Assembly (NCBI GenBank): GCA_039916665.1
Contig: JBDSKX010000061.1
Coordinates: 57,055 to 121,054, forward strand
DNA: 64,000 bases
Reading direction: 5' to 3'
Source of the DNA: Chryseolinea sp.
GTDB lineage: Bacteria; Bacteroidota; Bacteroidia; Cytophagales; Cyclobacteriaceae
The notes below the pieces were generated by a model. It did not search any database. It saw nothing but the letters and a program-made list of their open reading frames with translations, and was not told the DNA's origin. Numbering within the stretch: position 1 is the stretch's first letter; each line of letters begins with the position of its first letter. The translations under genes and the position numbers were made by a program. Of the stretch, positions 29,879-39,167 are shown piece by piece.

Positions 29879-29893
29879 TGAAAATTCATACCA
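29879..29893 (-). promoter_or_regulatory. sigma54-like promoter motif TGGTATGAATTTTCA
   Basis: 31 nt before the DUF1328 ATG. Confidence 0.45.
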
Positions 29894-30067
29894 ATGTGTG
29901 ACCGCAGTGAATAATCAACCCAATAATGATTTGAATCGCCTTTTTAAGTTCGAAAATGATGACCAGTGGATGTTTTGAACAACGCTCAAAAGATGATTAG
30001 CATTTGCAACGTTTGTCTTTGTGGATAATTAACAACAGTTTTTGAGGATAATATTGCCTGCAAAAAT

Positions 30068-30595
30068 TTATGATGCACCTTCTTCAGTGCTGCCCTTAAT
30101 ATACTTGGATTGATCCATCACCACCGTGGCACCCAAAGACATCAGGCATCCTAAAGTTGATTCAATAAACCGCATAAGTGCGTTGATCCAGATTTCCGAG
30201 AACACTGCACTATGCATTGGGATGGTTACTATAAGCACTGTAGTACAAGCAATCTTCAGCGCACCGCTCAGGTTTAGGATGTTGATAAAAGTTGACACAA
30301 CCACCAGCGAAACGCACAACGAAATGACAATGTCGTGAATGAAGTAGATAGACAGAACAGCCAACAATGATCCGATGAACGTTCCTATTAATCTATTCTT
30401 AAGCAGGGTCATCACATTTTCACGGAGGTCGTCGAAAACGACAATCGCAGACACTGCGCACCACATACCGCTGACGAACTGGTCCGACATTCTCACCATG
30501 ATGCTTAGACTCTGGCCGGTAAAGTAGCTGATGACAACAATTGTTGTCAGCACGACTGATTTGATTAGGATTTTGGTGGAAGCTTTACCGAACAT
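30068..30595 (-). CDS. FUSC/aromatic acid exporter-like membrane protein
   Basis: WCAVSAIVV...NRLIGTFIG...RFIESTLG pattern; several TM segments. Confidence 0.75.
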   Translation of the reverse strand: MFGKASTKILIKSVVLTTIVVISYFTGQSLSIMVRMSDQFVSGMWCAVSAIVVFDDLRENVMTLLKNRLIGTFIGSLLAVLSIYFIHDIVISLCVSLVVVSTFINILNLSGALKIACTTVLIVTIPMHSAVFSEIWINALMRFIESTLGCLMSLGATVVMDQSKYIKGSTEEGAS

Positions 30596-30729
30596 AGATA
30601 TGGCAAATTTATAATAGATGTAGCAACATGGGAAATATAATCAGGCGCAATGGTTTTCGTCGACGCTAGTTTACAGCCCGTTCTTCGTTTCCAGTTAATC
30701 AATTGATATATTTCCCGACTTCAACAATA

Positions 30730-31614
30730 ATGCAGCAAGATACAGCGCGTAGTGAAAAAATCTTTCTTGTCGGAATGATCTTAAGCATGACTTGCTGGGG
30801 GATCAGCTGGACTTCTGGCAAAATACTTTCATCGTATAGTGGCCCGATCATCATTTCATTTTTAAGATTTGCCTTTACGTTTCTTTCGCTGTTATTTATT
30901 CTTCCTATTCTAAAATCCAAACTCACAATTGCCAAAGCCGGACTACTTGATTTAGTGTGCGCTGCAATCATGATCTCAATTTATACGTTCTTATTTTTCA
31001 GGGGGCTTATCACGGGCAAGCCTGGCGCAGGAGGTGTATTGGTCACAATTCTCAATCCTATTATTTCATATTTCATCATGTTGGTGATGAACCGCAGGAG
31101 ACCGACAAGAAATGAAGTGATTGGATTGGCACTTGGTATTTCCGCCGGAGTTATACTTTTGAAGTTACTAACTGACGCTTCGGATATTTTCCGGGCAGGC
31201 AACCTTTATTTTTTGTTTGCTTCTGTAAGCTGGGCAATTCTGAGCGTATTCACCTCCAGATCGTCGCGATATGGTGAACCCGTCACCTTTAGCTTTTATA
31301 TGTATGGGATCAGTACACTGATCATGTTATTCTTTACAGATTGGAATACAGTTTTAACCACCCTGCAATCTGGTGACGGAATTTTTTGGTTCAATTTGTT
31401 CTTTAGTGCCACGGTTACAACAGCCATCGCGACTACCTTTTATTTCGTTGCAACGGCAAAGATAGGTGCCAGCCGCGCCAGTAGTTTTATTTTTCTGGTA
31501 CCGTTTTCCGCGTCGCTTGGGTCATGGTTTTTCTTCAACGAAATTCCTCAGGTAAATACGATCATCGGTGGGGTGCTTGGTATCGGTGCCGTGTTAATTC
31601 TTAATAAAAAATAG
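30730..31614 (+). CDS. DMT/EamA-family transporter
   Basis: About 10 TM helices; CWGISW, LRFAF, IGASRASSFIFLVP. Confidence 0.88.
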   Translation: MQQDTARSEKIFLVGMILSMTCWGISWTSGKILSSYSGPIIISFLRFAFTFLSLLFILPILKSKLTIAKAGLLDLVCAAIMISIYTFLFFRGLITGKPGAGGVLVTILNPIISYFIMLVMNRRRPTRNEVIGLALGISAGVILLKLLTDASDIFRAGNLYFLFASVSWAILSVFTSRSSRYGEPVTFSFYMYGISTLIMLFFTDWNTVLTTLQSGDGIFWFNLFFSATVTTAIATTFYFVATAKIGASRASSFIFLVPFSASLGSWFFFNEIPQVNTIIGGVLGIGAVLILNKK

Positions 31615-31835
31615 TTCGTTCATTATATTTTTGGCTTTTTCGGTATTTTCAGACAACTCTGGTATTCCTCGATGACCAGATTTTCAGTGACAGGAATGGT
31701 TGAAACTTTGCGTTGAACAGACACTCGCAGAAGAATAGGGTTAGGAACAGGCGACTCATCGATCAAAGTAGTTTATTCGGACGAATTTTAGATTATGAAT
31801 TATTGCTGTCCGGTATGAGGTGTGAAAAAAAATAG

Positions 31836-31861
31836 GGGTAGAACCGTTTAGGATTCTACCC
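31836..31861 (-). terminator. Minus-strand terminator-like hairpin
   Basis: GGGTAGAA-N10-TTCTACCC, followed on the minus strand by a T-tract (A-run 31825-31832). Confidence 0.5.
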
Positions 31862-31967
31862 GATAGAGGTTAATTTTAGTTACCACAGAAAAATTCTCCT
31901 CATGAGTAAAAGTATATTTTTACCGGAAAGTAATAATTAATAGTTCTTAATTTTAAATTTCTTTCTT

Positions 31968-32477
31968 ATGAAGGATATATCTCCGCCCGAGGTTTGGATG
32001 CGTGGTCCGATCTCAGGGATTATTCAGATACTTCAACCTGTTGCTCATGCTCTGTTGCAGGCTTCTGAAGAAGTGTCTGTGATCATGGAAAAGTTTCATG
32101 ATGACCTGCTCTGGACAACGCCTGCTGGTGTGGCGTCTGTTGGCTTTCATTTGCGGCACATGAAAGGTGTGCTTGATAGACTGTTTTCATATTCACGATC
32201 TGAAATTTTAAGTGAACAACAATTGACCTATCTGCGCAACGAAGGAATTGCCGATCCTGAAATCACGCATGCTGAACTCGTTGCAGCATTTCAAAATCAA
32301 ATTAGAGTCTCCATTGACTATCTGAAGACGATTCAAGAGTTTCAACTGACCGAAGTAAGGGGCATAGGCCGGAAACAAATACCGACGAACGTCCTAGGAC
32401 TGTTGTTTCACGCGGCTGAGCATACGCAGCGACATTTGGGACAATTGCTTGTGACGGCTAAGGTTTTGATTCAGTAA
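31968..32477 (+). CDS. DinB-family protein
   Basis: SVGFHLRH and HAAEHTQRHLGQ His motifs. Confidence 0.88.
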   Translation: MKDISPPEVWMRGPISGIIQILQPVAHALLQASEEVSVIMEKFHDDLLWTTPAGVASVGFHLRHMKGVLDRLFSYSRSEILSEQQLTYLRNEGIADPEITHAELVAAFQNQIRVSIDYLKTIQEFQLTEVRGIGRKQIPTNVLGLLFHAAEHTQRHLGQLLVTAKVLIQ

Positions 32478-32539
32478 GAAGCAGACAAACACGGGAGTTC
32501 GACAGTCAGAAATCAGATAATCCTAATTACCTTCTACGG

Positions 32540-33861
32540 ATGAGGTTAATGGCAATTTTATTTCTCCTTATCTATTCCTTCGTTACCGTTGCTCAAACTT
32601 ATAAGTTTCCACTAACCGTGAGCAAGGATCACCACTATCTGGTCGATCAAAATGGCAAGCCATTTTTTTATAATGGCGATACTGGTTGGAAAATATTTTT
32701 GAAACTGGATAAGAAATCAGTGATAGAATATCTTGTTGATCGCAAGAAAAAAAAATTCAATGTGATTGAATTTATGCTGACAGGGTTCAAAGATGAAATG
32801 AATCTTGCGGCATCAAGCCCTTCAACAATCCAAATGATTTCTCGACACTTAATGAATCCTACTTTGATCATGCCGCCTGGGTTATTCGTCTTGCAGATTC
32901 GTTGGGTTTGCTAATGGCTATTGCACCGATGTGGGCTGGCTGTTGTGGCAAAGGATATGGCGGCAAAGGCGCCGTAGGCCACACAAGTTTCATGTCAACC
33001 AACGGCCTTGAAAAATGCAGTGCATTTGGAGAGTTCCTCGGCCAGAAGTATAAAAAGTTTAAAAATATTTTGTGGATTATGGGCGGCGACATCGATCCAT
33101 TCGAAGACAAAGAGATGATTGATACCATGGCCAAAAGCATTAAGTCGAAGGCCCCTTCCCAGCTAATGACTTTTCATCCTTCGTCCGCTCATTCCAGTAC
33201 GGATATTTGGGACAACCCATCGTGGCTTGATGTCACGATGAGTTACACTTACTTCCGTGGTTTCAATAAAGCATGGACGCAAGACATGCCCGACGTCTAT
33301 GAACTCAACTGGAAGGAATATTCAAAGCGACCGGTGCGGCCTTACTTCATTGGCGAATCAACGTATGAGGAATTGGAAGGGGAGTGGGGGTCACAAACCC
33401 AAGTGAGAAAGCAAGCTTACTGGTCGGTTCTTGGTGGTGGAATTGGCAGTGCTTATGGTACACAACTTTGGGATTTTCCCGCCGACTGGCGAAGGTATCT
33501 TGATCTCCCCGGCGCAAACTCGCTTCAATTTTACGTGGCATTGTTTAATAAATATCCTTGGCATCGAATTATTCCGGATCCTGAAAGTCATATCATTATT
33601 GAAGGTAAAGGTGAGATGGCGCAGAATAGCATGGCGGTTGCTGCATCAGACCAGAAACACGAGTTTATCGTTGTCTATATTCCTTCTCGCAGAAGACTTA
33701 AAGTCGATGCATCACTAATAGAAAGTAATAGAGTAAAAGCCAGCTGGTTCGATCCGCGGACAGGGAAGTATTCGACGATCAGCACCAACGCTGAATCAAG
33801 GGTCGGTACTTTTGAATCACCTGACGAGCGCGATTGGGTTCTGGTTTTAGAATCGAATTAA
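32540..33861 (+). pseudogene. DUF4038/apiosidase-like (GH140-related) secreted glycoside hydrolase split by a single frameshift near 32807
   Basis: Frame 1 gives a signal peptide, GKPFFYNGDTGW and FNVIEFML. A 1-nt shift continues as GIKPFNNPNDFSTLNESYFDHAAWVIRLADSLGLLMAIAP, joining ORF 32902..33861 (ESTYE, C-terminal WFDPRTG). Confidence 0.8.
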
Positions 33862-34084
33862 GCGGTAAATTTGATTCTGATACTAACCTTATCTAAAAGA
33901 TAAAAATGTTGCGTCGTAAGAAGAATTAGCGCAGCTGAATGACGACTCATCTTGGCCATCCCACAAGGAATGGTGGATTTTTTTAAACGAAGTTTACAAA
34001 GTTCACCCTTCAGTGGTCATGATGCCGGTTTGCAGATAGCGATATCGATATGATCTTCCAAAATAGGGTAACGTCAGCCCAAAA

Positions 34085-34102
34085 TTAGGGAATACTCCCT
34101 AA
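34085..34102. promoter_or_regulatory. Palindromic operator-like site TTAGGGA-ATAC-TCCCTAA
   Basis: Perfect 7-bp inverted repeat about 100 bp upstream of the lipoprotein ATG; half-site AAATAGGG at 34061. Confidence 0.6.
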
Positions 34103-34199
34103 CCCTGTCCCCAACCTCCGTTCAATCTTTGTGTATCCAAACAGAAGTCATTCATGTCTGAGTGGAATAATCAATCAACTAAAAAAAAACGCAACAATT

Positions 34200-34724
34200 A
34201 TGTCAATTATTCTAAAGAGGTTAACACAAAAGCATTTGATTTTATCATTTATCATGATCGCATTTCTGGTTCCGAGTATTTTTGTTGCATGTTCAGATGA
34301 CGGTGACGCGAAAGAAAAAGAGCAGTGGGAAAAAGAAGTCGACATTTTGAAAGCTTCGGTTGCTCCGAACAAACCATTGGATAACGCGCAAGCTGCAGGT
34401 TACGACAACGAATTTACCGGATACCGTACCCAGATGGGTTTCCATTACTTGTTCGGCGATTTGTTAGACGACAAGTTTGAAGTTAACAAGCCGGAGGTCA
34501 TGATCTACGCGCCGGACGATAATGGCATCTTGAAGTTTGTCGCTGTTGAATACGCAACGCCGATTGCAGATCTCAAAAACCCTCAGCCAGCGCCGGAGGG
34601 ATTCACAGGCAGCAAAGATGTTTGGGTGATCAATGAAGAGTTCAGCGTATGGACACTGCATGTTTGGGTTGGAAAAGAAAATCCGAGTGGCATTTTTGAT
34701 CCCCACAATCCTACTTTACCTTAA
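34200..34724 (+). CDS. Hypothetical lipoprotein (MGxHY...PExxxY...VAVEY...WTLHVW...NPxGxF family)
   Basis: Lipobox FVAC followed by acidic SDDGD; conserved motif set. Confidence 0.75.
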   Translation: MSIILKRLTQKHLILSFIMIAFLVPSIFVACSDDGDAKEKEQWEKEVDILKASVAPNKPLDNAQAAGYDNEFTGYRTQMGFHYLFGDLLDDKFEVNKPEVMIYAPDDNGILKFVAVEYATPIADLKNPQPAPEGFTGSKDVWVINEEFSVWTLHVWVGKENPSGIFDPHNPTLP

Positions 34725-34742
34725 TCATACCAGTCCCCAAAC

Positions 34743-34779
34743 CGTAGCCGTATCGCATAAATCAATGTGTACGGCTACG
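34743..34779 (+). terminator. Hairpin after the lipoprotein gene
   Basis: CGTAGCCGTA...TACGGCTACG, 10-bp perfect stem. Confidence 0.55.
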
Positions 34780-34879
34780 AATTTTACCAGTGATCTCTAA
34801 AAAAATGGCCGTTTACTTTTAAGCAGCATTTTCGTATCGATTTCAACACGATGTACATTCGGAGAGGACCATCGAGCAA

Positions 34880-35253
34880 TCTCCATTACGGCAGTTCGCG
34901 TCGTTTTGTTTGAACACCAAGAGTGTATCAGATCTTTATCTTGATAATATAGAATTTTTCTTTCAGATAATTCATTGCCAGTAGCCACGCCGTTACCATT
35001 TACAGTATATGGAACGGATCCTTTTACTCCTGGAGATTTTTACATTCCCTTTGATTTAAGTGAGCGGCAGGAAGTTCTCTACTCCATCGTAGATACGACT
35101 GGCAGGTCATTACTCACTAAAGTACTCGATGAGGTTCTCAATCAGACTTACCAGGTTGAGCCCAACCTTAACGCAGGGATTTATATTCAGAATTCAGATC
35201 GGGGAGAATTCGTACTCAAGCCGATTGTACGTCAGCAACTTATCAGTAATTAA
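34880..35253 (+). pseudogene. Relic 3' end of a T9SS-secreted protein (type A CTD)
   Basis: DLYLDNIEFF, a frameshift, then VYGTDPF...SIVDTTGR...LNAGIYI; no ATG and no N-terminus. Confidence 0.55.
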
Positions 35254-35857
35254 TGAGAATTATTGAAATAAGGGACAACACCTGCTTTCGTATTAGGCGA
35301 AGCGTTTTAAATACGGCATTGTAAACAGATTGCATCGTAATGCCGAGGGCTTCAGAGATCTCTTTGTTGGTCCGCTCTTCGGTGAATTTGAGCTTTAAAA
35401 GTTGTTGTTGGTATTCCGAAAGATTGTTGATCGCCTTTAGCACCTTTTCTTTTCGGTAATCTTCGCCAAGATCGGGCACAATGATATCAGCGATCATTTT
35501 GTCATCGATTGATGTTAGGGATGCCTCGTGCTTGTGCTGATTTGATCGGAGGTGATCCAGCAGCTTATTTCTAAGGCACGTGAACAGATAATATTTGACG
35601 GAAGTCGTTTCAGAAAGTCTTTCCCGATTGTTCCAGATCTTGATAAACAAATCCTGAACACAATCCTTTACGAGATTCTCATCTACAGTGATCTTTCGGC
35701 CGTACTGATACAGTACAAAGAAGTATTTCTTATAAATGACGGCGTATGCCTCAAGGTCACCTTCCTGGAATTGCTTCCAAAGTGAATTGTCTTCGAAGGA
35801 AACCGAAGATTCTTTTTCAAACTGAAGGTCGGTGCCATGATGCTCATTCTTCATCAC
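35243..35857 (-). CDS. ECF RNA polymerase sigma factor
   Basis: IYKKY..LYQYG, KDCVQDLFIKIW, YLF..LRN, EISEALGITMQSVYN. Confidence 0.92.
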   Translation of the reverse strand: MMKNEHHGTDLQFEKESSVSFEDNSLWKQFQEGDLEAYAVIYKKYFFVLYQYGRKITVDENLVKDCVQDLFIKIWNNRERLSETTSVKYYLFTCLRNKLLDHLRSNQHKHEASLTSIDDKMIADIIVPDLGEDYRKEKVLKAINNLSEYQQQLLKLKFTEERTNKEISEALGITMQSVYNAVFKTLRLIRKQVLSLISIILINY

Positions 35858-35982
35858 GAGGTCTTTTTAACAAGAAGGTGCATTTCTCACACGATTGAAA
35901 TACAGATTTTATCGTGGATATCAAATTCGCTCTATTTGTGCTACAATCCAAAGGATTGGTGTCGCTGATATTGAAACGAGCT

Positions 35983-37404
35983 TTATTTTGATAGATACCG
36001 GAACGCAACCGCGGGCGATTTGCTGGTTTTAACAAGACCGGATGGAAGCACAACCATGACTTTATCCCCCTTTATACTGTACTTCACCGCTTCCCCGGTC
36101 TCAACCATAATCAGCTTTCCTGTTGGAAGGTTCCCACGCCATTCCACTTTTGCCGGTATTGGTGCATCCTGTTTAAAAAGAACGATTGCGTTTATCGTAG
36201 AATCTGTGTTTCCGGTAAAATAGGTGTTGCCATCCATGTATAGGTCAACTGTGCGGGTATCATAAATAGCTTTTCCATTTTTATCGAGCCACATACCTAT
36301 TTCTTTTAAACGTTCCACTTGCGCCGGCTGCAGTAGTCCTTCCGGTGTTGGCCCAACACCAAGCAATAGACTTCCTCCTTTTGCAACAACTTCAACCAAC
36401 AAATGAATTACAGTGGCCGATGATTTGAAGTTCTCTTGTGGTGAGTAACCCCACGTATCTCCAAGTGTAATACAACTTTCCCACGGTGTATCAAGTTTAT
36501 GATCGGGGATACGCTGCTCCGGCGTCTGATAATTTTCATACTCACCATGAACGGTGCGGTCTACGATGAGCAGTCCCGGCTGCGCTTTCCTTGAAAATTC
36601 TGCAATCTTATCCATCTCGATGTGCTGACTAAACTCTGGTATAGCCGCGCCCCACGCGCGGACTTCATCCGTGACAGTCTCAAGTGGCCTAATCCATCCG
36701 CCATCAAGCCAAAGTATATCAATCTTTCCGTATTCTGTCATCAATTCATTGATCTGATGATGTGTAAATTCCTTGAACTTGTTCCAGCGCCAGGGATTCT
36801 TACGGATGTCATAATTTACATTCCGGTCGGGTGTTGCATAGTTCGGCCACCAAAAATATTCAGAGTGCCAGTCAGGTTTTGAGTAGTAAGCACCAATTTT
36901 GAATCCTTGTTTCCGGAATGCATCAAAAACAAATTTCGCGACGTTGGATTTTGGATGGTTTGAAAATGGACCGTTTGTAATTTTGTAATCTGAGTAATTT
37001 GTGTCGAACATTGAAAAGCCATCGTGGTGTTTAGTGGTAAATACAACGTATCGCATACCTGCAGACTTGGCGGCGGAGGCCCATTGATCAGGATCAAATT
37101 TTGTCGGATTAAATTTTTCGCTGAGTCCCCAGTACCACTTCTTAAAATCCTCATACGCTACAGTACTGTCTCTCGTGATCCAGTCTTCAGAGCACAACGC
37201 CCATGATTCAATCATTCCCGGAACTGCATAGACTCCCCAGTGAATGATCATTCCAAACTTCTGATTTCGCCATTGCTCAAGATTCTTGACAACCAACGGA
37301 TCCTTTGGCCAAACATAGACGGTTGATTGCTGATGAATATTTCCCTGCGCTATGATCGACACAGGAATGCACATGACTAATGCGAGTATGACGATGAATT
37401 TCAT
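35983..37404 (-). CDS. GH29 alpha-L-fucosidase, secreted
   Basis: KFGMIIHWG, TTKHHDGF, LWLDGGW (nucleophile Asp), WESCITLGDTWGY; signal peptide. Confidence 0.93.
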   Translation of the reverse strand: MKFIVILALVMCIPVSIIAQGNIHQQSTVYVWPKDPLVVKNLEQWRNQKFGMIIHWGVYAVPGMIESWALCSEDWITRDSTVAYEDFKKWYWGLSEKFNPTKFDPDQWASAAKSAGMRYVVFTTKHHDGFSMFDTNYSDYKITNGPFSNHPKSNVAKFVFDAFRKQGFKIGAYYSKPDWHSEYFWWPNYATPDRNVNYDIRKNPWRWNKFKEFTHHQINELMTEYGKIDILWLDGGWIRPLETVTDEVRAWGAAIPEFSQHIEMDKIAEFSRKAQPGLLIVDRTVHGEYENYQTPEQRIPDHKLDTPWESCITLGDTWGYSPQENFKSSATVIHLLVEVVAKGGSLLLGVGPTPEGLLQPAQVERLKEIGMWLDKNGKAIYDTRTVDLYMDGNTYFTGNTDSTINAIVLFKQDAPIPAKVEWRGNLPTGKLIMVETGEAVKYSIKGDKVMVVLPSGLVKTSKSPAVAFRYLSK

Positions 37405-37440
37405 GGGTGTAAATTATCGATAATATGTATACGTTTTGAT

Positions 37441-37473
37441 AAAAAAAGGCGCCTCGTATTCGGGGCGCCTTTT
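37441..37473 (-). terminator. Intrinsic terminator between susD and GH29
   Basis: AAAAAAAGGCGCCTCG-TATT-CGGGGCGCCTTTT. Confidence 0.8.
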
Positions 37474-37555
37474 AATTCATTAAAAAAAAGAAAAGTGGGA
37501 AGTAATTTAAATTGCAGCTCAAATACTTCCCCTTTCCAAACCCAAATCTTCTACG

Positions 37556-39154
37556 TTATTGCGCGTCCCACCAGATCCTTGACCCAAACGTATCACCGCT
37601 GCTCAAGCGACCAACCGCGTCAGCATAATTGACAGGATTGTTGGCAGGTTCTTGCGATTGATAAGGAATTCTCCGTGGTATTGCACCAGCACTAAACTGA
37701 GATGCATAGGTAACAGGCGTCAATACCGGGAATCCCGAACGACGCCAGTTGCTCCATGTCTCGATGAAGTTGAAGAGCGATCCTGTTGTTACCCAGTATT
37801 GCTCGTTGATCATCTTAAGCGATGCAGAAAGCGTGGTAACATCCAAAGGATGGGCAGTCGCGTACGTAGTTGCATCGCCGCTGCTAATCGCGCCAGTTGT
37901 AGCATTGAATTGTGCGAGCGAAGTTATTGCTGCTATAACGCCGTTGCTATAATGCTGCGCGGCAGTTGTCGCGCCAACGTTCCATCCTCTCGCTTTTGCT
38001 TCAGCAAGAAGAAGTTCTGTCTGCGAGTAGCTTAAAAGAAAATTCGGTGCATCACGGCTAAGGTATAAACCTGTAACCGGTCTGGAATATTTTCCAAGCG
38101 GTGCAGCGTCATCGCCAGTGCCAGTTGCTCCGGGATAAAGTCCGTAATTTGTAATATCAGTAGCGCCGCCGTTAAGATCGTGACCGTTCGGCAAACCGAT
38201 TTGAATCGCAGGGTTGGAGTCACCAGCGAGTGCTTGATTTGCATTTGCAGTCTTACCTGCTGCTGGTACTTCAGCAATAACACCCAGCCGGGGATCATTT
38301 GTTGACTTAAGGAAGCTAATGAATGTCTCGCTCCAGCGAACTTCGCGATAATCGTCACCTACCAGTAGTGCACCAGTTGTGTTATTTCCAAAGCCAGTGC
38401 TGTTTTGTGTATAGACCCGTGCATTGTCATCGATCGAGCTGAAGGTTCCGCCAACCGCAGCTTTTTCAGCCCACGTCTGTGCTGTTGATGCACTAATTTT
38501 CGTCATACGCATAGCAATCTTTAGCATCAGCGAATAACCAAACTTCTTCCAGCTTATGATGTCACCTTTGTAGATCACATCGTTTGTAGGAATTGCCTTG
38601 GAAGCATCGAGACTTGTGATTGCTGTTTCCAACTCAGTCAGCATGGCAGTGTAAATTGATTGTTGCGTGTCGTAAACCGGAGTGCTCACACCTGAACTCG
38701 CCTGAAGTGCTTCCGAATATGGAATGTCGCCATAACAATCTGTAATCAATTGCATGATCTCAACTTTCATGATCGTGCTTACCGCAGAAAGATTTGACAA
38801 CTCAGGTTTGTCTTTAACCAGTTTTTGGATTTCGACGTCAAGTGCCGCTGCGCGATACTGCTCTTCGAAAATTCTGTTCTGGTAAGAGATAAGACTTCCG
38901 GATCCAACGTACTTATCTCCGTTGCTGTAGTAGCCGAACGTTGAAGCCAGCACCTGCGACCACATACTTTGGAAAAGAAGTTGTGAGTAACCGGTGTTAC
39001 TATGCTCAAACTGTGCCTGTGCCAGCAAATAATTTGCGTTGAAAGCCGATGCGCTGGTTTGTTTCGGATCAGTGTTGATCTGTTCAAAATCACTGTCACA
39101 CCCGAGGGGTACTAACAGCAGGATGACCATTAAGAATTTAAATATATTTTTCAT
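37556..39154 (-). CDS. SusD/RagB-family (SusD-like_2) lipoprotein #2
   Basis: Lipobox PLGC-DSDFEQINTDP, YGDIPYSEAL, WSNWRRSGFP, RIWWD. Confidence 0.92.
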   Translation of the reverse strand: MKNIFKFLMVILLLVPLGCDSDFEQINTDPKQTSASAFNANYLLAQAQFEHSNTGYSQLLFQSMWSQVLASTFGYYSNGDKYVGSGSLISYQNRIFEEQYRAAALDVEIQKLVKDKPELSNLSAVSTIMKVEIMQLITDCYGDIPYSEALQASSGVSTPVYDTQQSIYTAMLTELETAITSLDASKAIPTNDVIYKGDIISWKKFGYSLMLKIAMRMTKISASTAQTWAEKAAVGGTFSSIDDNARVYTQNSTGFGNNTTGALLVGDDYREVRWSETFISFLKSTNDPRLGVIAEVPAAGKTANANQALAGDSNPAIQIGLPNGHDLNGGATDITNYGLYPGATGTGDDAAPLGKYSRPVTGLYLSRDAPNFLLSYSQTELLLAEAKARGWNVGATTAAQHYSNGVIAAITSLAQFNATTGAISSGDATTYATAHPLDVTTLSASLKMINEQYWVTTGSLFNFIETWSNWRRSGFPVLTPVTYASQFSAGAIPRRIPYQSQEPANNPVNYADAVGRLSSGDTFGSRIWWDAQ

Positions 39155-39167
39155 GATGTGGTCTTGA

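Noticed and set aside
30020-30028. Perfect DnaA box (TGTGGATAA) as a possible origin signal
   Set aside because: Single copy, no dnaA or DUE context; better explained as a member of the TGTGGAWWWT element
32747-32755. A9 tract as a phase-variation or programmed frameshift site
   Set aside because: The DUF4038-like frame continues correctly past it; the break is about 50 nt later
34975-35253. 92-aa ORF as an intact gene
   Set aside because: TTG only, with upstream stop and frameshift; treated as a T9SS-CTD relic
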